Positions 52,635-62,025 of a stretch of 64,000 nucleotides of DNA are shown here, piece after piece. Both the position numbers and the translations under genes were made by a program. This DNA comes from Acidobacteriota bacterium (GTDB lineage Bacteria; Acidobacteriota; UBA6911; RPQK01; JAJDTT01), in assembly GCA_965217775.1 (NCBI GenBank), contig CBDCJH010000002.1, forward strand, positions 3,648,001 to 3,712,000, read 5' to 3'. Each line of letters begins with the position of its first letter. The first letter of the stretch is position 1. A model generated the notes under the pieces. The model was given only the letters and a program-made list of their open reading frames with translations. It ran no database searches and had not been told where the DNA came from.

Positions 52635-55600
52635 GTGTCTTCACGCTACCGAATTCTTCGCCCTTTGGAACCCGGGCCGGACCTGCGCGTCTACTTGGCC
52701 GTTGACGAATGGGATGCCGCCCGAAACAAAGTTCTGAGTCTACTGCCGGGAAAGATCACTTCCCGGACAAGCCTTCTGGAGGTGGAGCGCTTGTTCGAGA
52801 TGCGTACGGCGCTCGATCATTCATGGCTCCATCCGGTCCAGGACGTCGCCTTTCGAGGTAAACGTCCCGGCTTCATCTGCGATTACCTGACCCGGAAACT
52901 CATCGACGCAAAGGGAGGGCGACTGACGCCTTCCCGAGCGATGAAGTGTTCCGTGCAACTCGCAGATCTGCTTTCTTACCTTCACTACAGAGGATTCCTC
53001 TGCGGATACCTGAAGCCTTCTCATCTTTTCGTGGGGAACTGCGGGGATCTGCTTCTCAATCTTCCGGCTCCCAAGCAGGGCCCGTCCGGAAAGTCTCTCC
53101 CGGCCCATGTTATTCGGTATGCCTCACCAGAGTGGATCAGACATGGAACCCCATCGAAGCAAAGCGACCTCTACTCGCTCGGAATGGTCCTCTATCGGCT
53201 GTTTACGGGCCACGATCCCTATCGGGAGAAGAACCCCGAAGTCCTTCTGCTGAAACAGGCCCTGACTACCCCGGCCCGGCCCCGGAAATTGAATCCCGAC
53301 ATTCCAGCCAACGTGGAGCAACTGATTCTGGATCTCATTCAGAAGGATCCGGAAGCTCGACCCTCTTCGGCCAGCTACGTGAGCACCGCTCTACAGGCCG
53401 TCATCCGCTTGGCCGCTCCTCCATCCCCACGATTCCGCTGCTCGTTGATCGGCAGGTCGGACGAGTCCACCAGGCTCCGCCAAATCTTGGATCTCCATAT
53501 CCAGGATCCCAAGCCTCGATTCGTCTCCCTCGCCGGCTCCAGCGGAATCGGCAAAACGGCGGTCACGGGACGGGTCGAATTGGCGGCGCGGCTCCGCAGA
53601 ACCACGACGTTCTCAGCGAGCCATCACCCCGGTGACGGGATCCTGGAAGCGTTCCAGGCGGAATCCGAACTCGGCCAGCGCTGGAGGGTCACCGACACTT
53701 GGCAGGCGGCGAAGAGTTCCGCACAGCTCATCGAAACCTTGCTCTCGTTTCTGAGGAACGTGTCCTCACTCTCTCCGGTCGTCTTCTGCATCAACGACCT
53801 GCAATGGATGGATGAGAGTTCGCTGGAACTATACAGACGCGCGTTTGGAGACGATCCCATACCGGTTCTCTTCGTTGGCAACTACCGGACCGATGAACTT
53901 CCGGAATATTGGAACACGTTGAAATCGGAGCTGGAACGGAATGGACACTTGGAGGAAGTCCGGTTGTCACCCCTGGATCCCATCGAGTCGGAGCAACTCG
54001 TCGAAACCTTGCTTGGAGGTCCGGATCCGACCGTCACCTCTACGATACTGCCGCAAAGCACCGGCAATCCTTTTTATGTTCATGAATCTCTCCGCTATCT
54101 GCACGAAACGGGACAATTGAACTTTCGTTCCGGGCAGTGGAAGTATTCACCGACCCGAACCAGGGATTCTTTCCTGCCCGCGGCGGCATCCGGAACAATT
54201 GCCGGCCGTTTGGATCGGCTCACACCGGACCAACGGGAAGTCCTCGATCATCTGGCCCTGATACGAAAACCAATATCGGCCACCAGACTTGCCGGCATTC
54301 TTCAGACCTCGGGCGATTCTCTCTCGGAAGAGATCTACGCCCTGGATCGCCTCAACCTGGTCGGTGTATCGGGAAGCCTCCATGCTCCCGTCCTCACGGT
54401 GGCTCACGACTGGATCGCTCGGACCATTGTCCAACGAATCGGCGAATCCTCGACCAGATATCAGCAGATTCACGGACGTATCGGCAGTGTCCTGGAGAAC
54501 CGGATCCTGAAGTCGGATGACGCGCTCCTGCTGAAGGAGTTGCTGCGCCACTACCTGGCCGCACACGAAATCGGCAAGGTGAGGCAGTACATCTGGGAAA
54601 CCCTGCACCGATTGCGCGAACGACGAGCGTACAGGGACGCTTCCAACCTGCTTCGTCGCGCGTTGCGTTTGGGCGCGCTGCCTATCGACACCCGGGACCT
54701 CATCCGGAAATCGGCCGAGATCATGTATCTGGGCGGCAGTCTGCGCGAGTGTCACGAATTCTGTCTGAACCAACTCGATTCGGGGCCGTCTCAAGCAGAT
54801 CATCGAGCGTGCCTGCTTTCCATGGCGGCCCAGATCCACATCCACTTGGGGAGAATGGGACAAGGCATCGATACGCTGCAGGAAGCCCTCTCCGTCCTGG
54901 ACCAGGCATCCACCCAATTCTCGCAAGGAGAGCTCCAAGGAGAGTGGCTCTACGCCATGAGCCGGACGGGGAAGCACTTGGAGGTTGGCCCGGTGGCCGC
55001 TCAAATGCTGATTCAGTGCGAGAAGGACGCGGCCCTGGCTGAAAAGCATCACCTTGCCTTCGCCTCCTTCGCGCATGCCAACGGAGATCCGGATCAAGCC
55101 ACCCATTGGCAACTGGCCGCCGTACGATCAGCGATCAAACGATGTCGATCCATCAGTCTGGGCAATCGAATCACAAACCTTTCCGTCCTGTATTCGGAGC
55201 TCGGGAAATTCAAATCAGCCAGAAACACGGCTCGATACAGCCTGTCTCTGGCCAGGGAATATGGCAATCCCGAATTGGCGATTCTGGCGCAGAAAGCGCT
55301 GGCGATCCACAGCCGAAAGCTGGGTCATCACAGACATGCGGTGCCACGACTGAGGGAATTGATCTCCAAGAACCGAGACCTGAATCAGAATCGGCATACT
55401 GAAATCGAACTCCATATCGAACTGACGAAAAACCTGAACTATCTGCTGGAACTGGAGACCGCGGTCAGTGTCGGCGCCGCGGCGTTGGAAGCGTGTGCCG
55501 ACCTCCCCGTGTTCTCGTCCTTTGTCGATGCCACGTTGGCGGCGAGTTGGACCTGGGTCATGTTGGGTCTCCCGGACCGGGCCTTGGAGACGCTCGCCCC

Positions 55601-57716
55601 TCTCGAAGTGCGGAAACTCGGTCGGGAGAAGGGACGCTTTCTTCTTCTCAGGACCAGGATTCACCAGGATCTGGCCGAGTATGAGCAGGCGTACGAAACC
55701 GCTATCGAAGCCAAGGAGACCCTCGTGCCGTACCTGCCGTACTACCGAGCGAGAGGACTCCTGAGTCTTGCGGAAACTCTCTTGGCGCTGGGCCGATCTT
55801 CCGGTGCCGAAAGCTGCATTCGAAAGGCAACCGGCCTTTCGATGGAGCATTCCTACCTGCCCTTGCTCGCAACGGCACACCTCCTGAGGGCGAGACATCT
55901 GCTGAAGGAAGACTCGCCCGACCGCGCCCGCGTCCTCTCGCTTCGGGCACTACAACTGGTCACGCACATGGATCGGCCCGGACTCGAAGCCGAGTTGTAT
56001 CGGGTGCGGGCCAGGGCCGAGGTCGCGAGCGGCGAACGCGGGAACGGGGTCCGAAGCTACTCACGAGCCCTGCAGATCTTGAAGGAAAGAGCAGTCCATC
56101 TCTCCGCCGACTTCCGAAGTTCGTTCTCCGAACGCTTCATCTCACCCATCGCGGCCGAACGCGACCAGGTGTTCCGCCGGATTTCCAGGCATCCCGCGCC
56201 CAGGTATCTGGGACATCTGCACGAACTGGTTTCGTCCCTGGGGGAACACGGCGGACTCGCCGAGATCGCCGAGGCGGCCCTGGACTGTCTCGCCGCGGGG
56301 GTTCCGGATTTGGGCGCGAACCTGTTTGGCCGGGAGCATCCTTCCCAGCGATTCCATCGCCTCGCTCACTGCGGAAAATGCGTCAGGAGTGGACGACAGA
56401 CCCTCCCTCAAGGGAACGACGGTCGAGTGTTCGAGGGGTCGCTGGAGCAGGTTCACGGGAAGGACGGATCTCTGGCGATGCGGTTCTACGCAGGCGGAGA
56501 ACTGCTGGCTCTTCTCTATCTGGAACCACCCCTTCAGGGAATGTCCGAAGAGGACATGGACTTTCTGGCCTGCGCCGTCAAACTCCTGGAATGGCAGTTG
56601 CCGATCCGGACCGAACCCGCTGCGGAACGGCTCGAAACCGCCTCAGCCCTCATCCTGAAAGATGCCAGGACAATCATCGGAGAGCACCCGTCCATGAAGA
56701 TGTTGTTCGGCCACATCAAACGGGCCGCGCGCTCGGACGCGACCGTCTTGATCTACGGAGAAAGCGGAACCGGCAAGGAACTCGTTGCCCAGGCTCTCCA
56801 CGACTACAGCCACCGCTCGCGCGGCCCCATGACTCCGGTCAACTGCGGCGCGCTCCCCAAGGAACTCATCGAAAGCGAACTCTTCGGGCACCGTCAGGGG
56901 AGTTTCACGGGAGCCGTGCGGGACCAACCTGGACTCTTCGAAGCCGCGTCCGGCGGAACGTTGTTCCTGGACGAAATCGGGGCCCTGTCCCTGGGTCTCC
57001 AGGTTCGCATGCTGCGGGCGCTTCAGGAGCGGAAGGTGCGGCGCGTGGGCGAAACCCGGGAGCGCGCCGTGGATGTGAGGATCGTGGCGGCCACCAATCA
57101 GCCCCTGGAGGATCTGATCGCAAAAGGCTTGTTTCGGGAAGACCTCTATCACCGGCTGAACGTCTACTACTTGGAGATTCCTCCACTCCGGGAGCGGTCG
57201 ACGGACATCCCGCACCTGGCCCAGTTCTTTCTGGATTCCTTCAACCGGCGCTGGGGAACCAATAAGACCCTGTCCGGAAGGGCCCGGCTCCACTTGAGCC
57301 GATATGACTATCCGGGAAACGTCAGGGAGCTGGAGAACATCCTGGAGAGTAGCTATCACCTTTGCGACGAGACCATTGACCTGCCCGAGGTGTCATCACG
57401 GCTCACACGCCCGAAGAAGAAGTCGTCCCGAGCCGAGATGCTCGCCGAACTCGTGGAGCGGATGGTGGACGGCCAGGCCGACTTCTGGGATGACGTCCGC
57501 GACGTCTACCTCCGCCGCGACCTCACCCGGGACGACCTTCGCCGGATCGTTTCCCTCGGCCTGGAGGCATGCGGAGGGAGCTATCAGCGCCTGGTCCACT
57601 ACTTTGGATTGCCCAAGGAGGATTACAAGAAGTTTCTCTCCTTTCTGTCCAACCACGGCTGCAAAGTCGACTTCCGGCCCTTTCGGGCGCGGAGGCCGAG
57701 ACCTCCTGGGCGGTGA
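52635..57716 (+). CDS. Pseudokinase - P-loop NTPase - TPR-like - GAF-like - sigma54 enhancer-binding protein
   Basis: YASPE and SDLYSLG; GSSGIGKT; GESGTGKE, ESELFGH..GSFTGA, LFLDEI, FREDLY.RL, YPGNVREL; GTG 52635 after AAGGAG. Confidence 0.9.
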   Translation: MSSRYRILRPLEPGPDLRVYLAVDEWDAARNKVLSLLPGKITSRTSLLEVERLFEMRTALDHSWLHPVQDVAFRGKRPGFICDYLTRKLIDAKGGRLTPSRAMKCSVQLADLLSYLHYRGFLCGYLKPSHLFVGNCGDLLLNLPAPKQGPSGKSLPAHVIRYASPEWIRHGTPSKQSDLYSLGMVLYRLFTGHDPYREKNPEVLLLKQALTTPARPRKLNPDIPANVEQLILDLIQKDPEARPSSASYVSTALQAVIRLAAPPSPRFRCSLIGRSDESTRLRQILDLHIQDPKPRFVSLAGSSGIGKTAVTGRVELAARLRRTTTFSASHHPGDGILEAFQAESELGQRWRVTDTWQAAKSSAQLIETLLSFLRNVSSLSPVVFCINDLQWMDESSLELYRRAFGDDPIPVLFVGNYRTDELPEYWNTLKSELERNGHLEEVRLSPLDPIESEQLVETLLGGPDPTVTSTILPQSTGNPFYVHESLRYLHETGQLNFRSGQWKYSPTRTRDSFLPAAASGTIAGRLDRLTPDQREVLDHLALIRKPISATRLAGILQTSGDSLSEEIYALDRLNLVGVSGSLHAPVLTVAHDWIARTIVQRIGESSTRYQQIHGRIGSVLENRILKSDDALLLKELLRHYLAAHEIGKVRQYIWETLHRLRERRAYRDASNLLRRALRLGALPIDTRDLIRKSAEIMYLGGSLRECHEFCLNQLDSGPSQADHRACLLSMAAQIHIHLGRMGQGIDTLQEALSVLDQASTQFSQGELQGEWLYAMSRTGKHLEVGPVAAQMLIQCEKDAALAEKHHLAFASFAHANGDPDQATHWQLAAVRSAIKRCRSISLGNRITNLSVLYSELGKFKSARNTARYSLSLAREYGNPELAILAQKALAIHSRKLGHHRHAVPRLRELISKNRDLNQNRHTEIELHIELTKNLNYLLELETAVSVGAAALEACADLPVFSSFVDATLAASWTWVMLGLPDRALETLAPLEVRKLGREKGRFLLLRTRIHQDLAEYEQAYETAIEAKETLVPYLPYYRARGLLSLAETLLALGRSSGAESCIRKATGLSMEHSYLPLLATAHLLRARHLLKEDSPDRARVLSLRALQLVTHMDRPGLEAELYRVRARAEVASGERGNGVRSYSRALQILKERAVHLSADFRSSFSERFISPIAAERDQVFRRISRHPAPRYLGHLHELVSSLGEHGGLAEIAEAALDCLAAGVPDLGANLFGREHPSQRFHRLAHCGKCVRSGRQTLPQGNDGRVFEGSLEQVHGKDGSLAMRFYAGGELLALLYLEPPLQGMSEEDMDFLACAVKLLEWQLPIRTEPAAERLETASALILKDARTIIGEHPSMKMLFGHIKRAARSDATVLIYGESGTGKELVAQALHDYSHRSRGPMTPVNCGALPKELIESELFGHRQGSFTGAVRDQPGLFEAASGGTLFLDEIGALSLGLQVRMLRALQERKVRRVGETRERAVDVRIVAATNQPLEDLIAKGLFREDLYHRLNVYYLEIPPLRERSTDIPHLAQFFLDSFNRRWGTNKTLSGRARLHLSRYDYPGNVRELENILESSYHLCDETIDLPEVSSRLTRPKKKSSRAEMLAELVERMVDGQADFWDDVRDVYLRRDLTRDDLRRIVSLGLEACGGSYQRLVHYFGLPKEDYKKFLSFLSNHGCKVDFRPFRARRPRPPGR

Positions 57717-57853
57717 AGCAGGGGATGATGTGAAACGGCATGGCGAAGGCTTCTTCCTATTATCGGAGCCTTTACTCCGATATTTCCGGCCGGGACGATT
57801 GACAAGGAAATCCGATATCGGATTTCCGATTAATTATCATTGATGGAGGCGGC

Positions 57854-58033
57854 ATGCTTGTGGAAATCTATAGAGATCGACGTGAAAGAAAAATCAGGCG
57901 AGCGCGTGAGGATGCTCTGAGACAAGTGTTCCAAGACATCTCTCGCGCGGAAATTTCTCTTCCCGAAGAACTTCGTGAGAAATATCAGAAATTTCTGAGT
58001 CCCATTCGTAAAGGGACTACTCCTAACCGGTGA
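57854..58033 (+). CDS. 59-aa basic small ORF (below the ORF-track cutoff)
   Basis: GGAGG-N4-ATG; MLVEIYRDRRERKIRRAREDALRQVFQDISRAEISLPEELREKYQKFLSPIRKGTTPNR. Confidence 0.45.
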   Translation: MLVEIYRDRRERKIRRAREDALRQVFQDISRAEISLPEELREKYQKFLSPIRKGTTPNR

Positions 58034-58169
58034 CTTTCTGGTAAGGATGCCGAGACCGCGCGGCTGGCGACCCGGAGTTGAGCCCGATCTTCAGCAAAAC
58101 GCCAATACAGGGTCGAATTCTGCGCCCGTGCATAGAGAAAGTAACTGTCCCCTTTTCCCGCTTCGTCCG

Positions 58170-58500
58170 CGAGGTGTCTTCCCGGCTCACACGCCGGAAG
58201 GCGAAGTCCTCCCGAGCCGAGATGCTCGCCGATCTCGTGGAGCGGATGGTGGACGGCCACGCCGACTTCTGGGATGACGTCCGGGACGTCTACCTGCGCC
58301 GCGACCTCACCCGGGACGACCTCCGCCGGATCGTCTCCCTTGGCCTGGAGGCATGCGGAGGGAGCTATCAGCGCCTGGCCCACTACTTCGGATTGCCCAA
58401 GGAGGACTACAAGAAGTTTCTCTCCTTTCTGTCCAACCACGGCTGCAAGGTCGACTTCCGGCCCTTTCGGGCGCGGAGGCCGAGACCTCCTGGGCGGTGA
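58170..58500 (+). pseudogene. Duplicated 3' end (putative DNA-binding domain) of the sigma54 activator
   Basis: 331 bp nearly identical to 57386-57716, ending at the same stop. Confidence 0.9.
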
Positions 58501-58511
58501 CGGAGGGACCA

Positions 58512-59324
58512 GTGTGGACCGTCGCCGAGAGACTCCGGCAATGGCAATTCGGATTCACCTCAAAGTGTAAAATTATGGAATGGTGGATCAAACTTAGCGA
58601 AATCGTAAGAAATTTTGGAATCATCGTGGGTTCCGCGCTTGCATTGTTGATCGCGTGGCAGCGTGCACGTGCTGCGACCCGACAAGCCAGCGCGGCAAAC
58701 GACAGCCACTTTCAGGACGTTTTCGCGTCGACCGTCGCAAACTTGGGTAGCCGCTCCCTTTCTGTTCGGACCGGTGGAGTCGTCGCTCTAACGGAACTTG
58801 CCAACAGTGAGCCAAAATATCGCGACCGGGTGCGAGGAATATTGACAGGATTCGTCAGAACGGGAGGCCGGGACGACTTGAACGATGAGTTGCCGCCTGA
58901 CCTGCAGGATGCGCTCTACTATTTGCGTATCCCAAGCGTAGGAAGATGATGAAATATGGCCATTAGACACCAAAATCCTCACCGGCATGAACGGCTCAAT
59001 CTACAAGGATCAAAGCTTCAATATGCTGATATTCGTGAAATGAATTACCCGTCCGTCATCTTTCGCCGCGTTGACTTCAGACACGCGATTCTGACCGACA
59101 CCAATTTTGCCGGCGCAGATTTTCGTGACGCTGATTTGTCGGATGCGGAAACGACCGGCACCAACTTCTCCGGAGCGGACTTGCGCGGCGCGGTGATCAC
59201 GTTGGATCAGTTGGCCCGGGCCGTCATTTCGCCCGAGACGAAGTTACCTGAAGGAATCACGCACGCGAAGGTTGCCTCGCGTGCCACGAAAACGAAGATG
59301 ATGCTCGCCCGTTCCGGCGGATGA
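58512..59324 (+). pseudogene. Membrane-anchored pentapeptide-repeat protein split by in-frame TGA-TGA
   Basis: TM helix plus F..TVANLGS..VRTGGVVAL domain, stops at 58947-58952, then in-frame ADFRDADLSDA repeats. Confidence 0.7.
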
Positions 59325-59439
59325 GGCTTTTGACGGATTGACCTAACAGACCCAAGATGCCGGTGTAGAAAAAGCCGGAGGAACCAAGCGGAGCCTCGGC
59401 CATCCGACCCACCGAGTATTGAATTCTAAACCCAGCCAA

Positions 59440-60159
59440 TTAGCCGAAGACATGAATCCCGACGGAGATCAGCACGCCGTTCGTGCTGTATCGATAGTCG
59501 AGCCGCACCAACTCGTCGGCGACCACCCAGTCGGTGAGTGAACGGAAGTAGCGGACTCGAAAGTCCAGCGGCCACTTGAGCCGCAGCGTGGTTCCCGCGC
59601 CGATCGACCACGGCCATCTTCCCAGCCGCTCGCGGTCTTCCCCGGCCACTCCGGTCTCGGGATTCGTTGCTCCGCTCGCGAACTCGGTCCAGGTACGACG
59701 GACTCCGCCCAGGACGTAGACCTCGGCGAGGCCGCCGGCGACTCTCCGTCCCAAGATGATGTTGCCGCCCGCGCCCGCCAAGTCGCTGTAGTCCCACCGG
59801 CCGGGCCAGACGTCGTGCACGTTCCCGCTCCGGGTCGGAGAGATGGTGCCCTCCAGCTTGCGCCGGCTGGAGACGATCCCCTCGACCTCACCCCCAACCA
59901 GCCAGTTCCCGGGCAGGCCGAGGCGCAATCCGGCCGCCACGCTGCCGGCCAACGCGAGGCCCGTTGAGGAGGACGTGCTGGAACTGGACCCGTCCCCGAT
60001 GGTCACTTTCTTGGTGTGTTCCACCGTAATCGAGCCCGTCTCGGCACCTACGCGCAGGTAGAAGGGGGACTGAGCGCGGGCGTCGTCGACGCCGGTGCAC
60101 AGGCCGGCCAACGCGACCAAGCCGATCAATAGCCCTGGTCCAAGCTTGTGAAATTTCAA
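59440..60159 (-). CDS. Small outer-membrane beta-barrel protein
   Basis: Signal peptide ending ARA, alternating amphipathic strands, C-terminal ISVGIHVFG. Confidence 0.65.
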   Translation of the reverse strand: MKFHKLGPGLLIGLVALAGLCTGVDDARAQSPFYLRVGAETGSITVEHTKKVTIGDGSSSSTSSSTGLALAGSVAAGLRLGLPGNWLVGGEVEGIVSSRRKLEGTISPTRSGNVHDVWPGRWDYSDLAGAGGNIILGRRVAGGLAEVYVLGGVRRTWTEFASGATNPETGVAGEDRERLGRWPWSIGAGTTLRLKWPLDFRVRYFRSLTDWVVADELVRLDYRYSTNGVLISVGIHVFG

Positions 60160-60300
60160 GACCTTCGACTCCCTTCCGGAGAACTATGACGATCGAAGAA
60201 ACGGAGCCTGCCCGTATGTGGCGATCAGCCTATGGTTCGTTGAAGCCGGGGTCAACTTCCAGGGACCCGACTTTCATTCGATTTCGGGACGGGACAATCA

Positions 60301-60496
60301 GGCGGCGACTTTCTTGTCGCCGGATGGGAGCGGCGGTTTTCTTGCCGCCGACCAGGGGGGGGTCAGGGGGGACGGTAGTCCCCCCTCTACACTTTCCGGC
60401 CACTACCCTCTCCGGTCACCGAATCGCGTAGCAACACAGAAGAATGGGGGACTAAAAGTCTCCCCTCCCAGTGGGCGACAAGAAAGTCGCGCCTCC
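60301..60496. repeat. REP/MITE-like composite palindrome (family 2), copy 3
   Basis: Same arms and ACCAGGGGGG..CTCTACACTT..AATCGC.TAGCAACAC spacer as 37793-38018. Confidence 0.8.
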
Positions 60497-60514
60497 AGTT
60501 TCTCCTGCGTGGTG

Positions 60515-60721
60515 TCACTCGGTGAATTTCTGCACGGCCTTCGGGGCGAACGCGGCGACCAGGAAGTACAGGACCAGCTCGGTCTTGTCGCCGCCCGACC
60601 CCCAGCCGAACACCTCGACGCACGCGAGCACCGCCGCCACAATCAACGCCAAAATGGACATCAGACGCATTGCGGACGGATTGCCGTCGCTATCGGTCAT
60701 GAACTTGCTCGAGTTACTCAT
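60515..60721 (-). CDS. 68-aa two-TM membrane protein (holin-like size and topology)
   Basis: GGAGG RBS; GNPSAMRLMSILAL.. TM1, LVLYFLVAAFAPK TM2. Confidence 0.7.
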   Translation of the reverse strand: MSNSSKFMTDSDGNPSAMRLMSILALIVAAVLACVEVFGWGSGGDKTELVLYFLVAAFAPKAVQKFTE

Positions 60722-60807
60722 TTCGTCCTCCAAATCCAACGAAAAAGGATGTTTCCATTGAATCGCACACGGCTCTTTTTTCCGCGGCATTCCGCCGCAG
60801 GGTCACA

Positions 60808-61332
60808 CTACCCCGGGAGCCCCGCGATCCTGGTGGCGATCTTCAGGCTGATGGAGAACGCCTTGAAGATGCCGTTCACAAGTCCCGCCAGCTCCTTGCG
60901 TTCCCGAACCTCCTGCGCCGCGGCGTCGACGCCGGCGCGGAGGTCGTCCAGATCGTCTGCGGTGAACAGCCGGTCCCAGGTGAGCACGGCTCCGATGGTC
61001 AACGCGAACAGCTTCACGTTGATGTCCCCTTTCTGCTCCAGGAGATCCGAGTACTCGCCCGCGTCGAGTTCGGTGTCGTAGACGAGCCGGTCATCGATGA
61101 CCTCCCGCTCTTGCAGCAGGACCCGCTTGACTTCGCCGCTATCAGCCGACCCGGCTTCCCCGGCACTGCTAATCGCTTCCCGGACCCTCTCGATGGCGGC
61201 CAGCGCAGCGCTCTCCAACTCCGCCGTCTTGGCGTCGTCTCCCTGGTTCCGCAGGCCCGCGACCTCTCCAAAGAGAGAACGGGTGTCCTTGGCGATTCCC
61301 ATCAGGTTGCCCATGTTCAAATTCAAAGCCAT
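60808..61332 (-). CDS. Hypothetical alpha-helical protein
   Basis: GAGGAG RBS, starts 3 nt after the upstream gene; amphipathic C-terminus. Confidence 0.75.
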   Translation of the reverse strand: MALNLNMGNLMGIAKDTRSLFGEVAGLRNQGDDAKTAELESAALAAIERVREAISSAGEAGSADSGEVKRVLLQEREVIDDRLVYDTELDAGEYSDLLEQKGDINVKLFALTIGAVLTWDRLFTADDLDDLRAGVDAAAQEVRERKELAGLVNGIFKAFSISLKIATRIAGLPG

Positions 61333-61335
61333 TCC

Positions 61336-62025
61336 CTACTCCTCGGTCGGAACCAGTTCGATCGCCCGGTCCAACACGTCCAGAAATTCCCGGAAGCCCT
61401 TCACGGCTTCCTCCAGGCGGTCCCGCTCTTTCTCGACGGCTGCCTCTGCCTGCTCCTGCTCGACCGCAGGCGACCTGCGGAAACGCCGGGCCTCGGCCAC
61501 GGCCAGGGCCACGCGAGAGAGGTCGATTTCGCCGACCCGCTTGGACAGCGACGTGTCGGACAGGTACCGGGTCAGTTCCACCTGTCCGATCCGCAGCCGG
61601 CTGACCAGCGAGATCAGCCGGTCGAGCTCCGCCCGGCGTTGACCGCCGATCTCCCGGAGCCGAGTCAACTGGGCCTTGGAGACCTCATCGGCCGCCAGGT
61701 CGATCTCGGCGAGCCGCATCAGGACCGCCGTCCGGAACGGCTCCTTCGTCCACGACGTCCGCAGCCGCAGGGCGAGCTCGGCATGACGGAACTCCCGGCG
61801 CTTCAGCCGCGCCTGAGCCAGTTCCGATTCGACGGCGCCGAAATAGAACTCCATGGCTTCCTGCCACGCCTGTTTGTCGTGCCGCAGTTTCTTTTCGATC
61901 CGGTCCAGCGCGCCGGTGATCTTCTCGGACAACTGAACGATTCCGGCGGGGGCGTCCTTGGCGGGAGCCGTGGCGGGGGAAAGGGAAAGGAGGGAAAGGG
62001 CAAAGAGAATCCGGGCGCGGGTCAT
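61336..62025 (-). CDS. Hypothetical secreted coiled-coil protein
   Basis: Signal peptide MTRARILFALSLLSLSPATAPA; ATGA overlap with the upstream gene. Confidence 0.75.
   Translation of the reverse strand: MTRARILFALSLLSLSPATAPAKDAPAGIVQLSEKITGALDRIEKKLRHDKQAWQEAMEFYFGAVESELAQARLKRREFRHAELALRLRTSWTKEPFRTAVLMRLAEIDLAADEVSKAQLTRLREIGGQRRAELDRLISLVSRLRIGQVELTRYLSDTSLSKRVGEIDLSRVALAVAEARRFRRSPAVEQEQAEAAVEKERDRLEEAVKGFREFLDVLDRAIELVPTEE

Noticed and set aside
57736-57751. Possible sigma54 -24/-12 promoter CGGCATGGCGAAGGCT
   Set aside because: GG-N10-GC spacing is right but the -12 element lacks TTGC; too weak in GC-rich DNA
58947-58952. Selenocysteine or alternative-code readthrough at TGA-TGA
   Set aside because: No redox motif or evident SECIS; the gene uses TGG for Trp and ends in TGA
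60186-60212. Fourth copy of the ECF promoter upstream of the beta-barrel gene
   Set aside because: CGTCAT is present but there is no GTCCG at 16-nt spacing
60515-60721. Prophage inferred from the holin-like gene
   Set aside because: No endolysin, integrase, capsid or tail genes nearby
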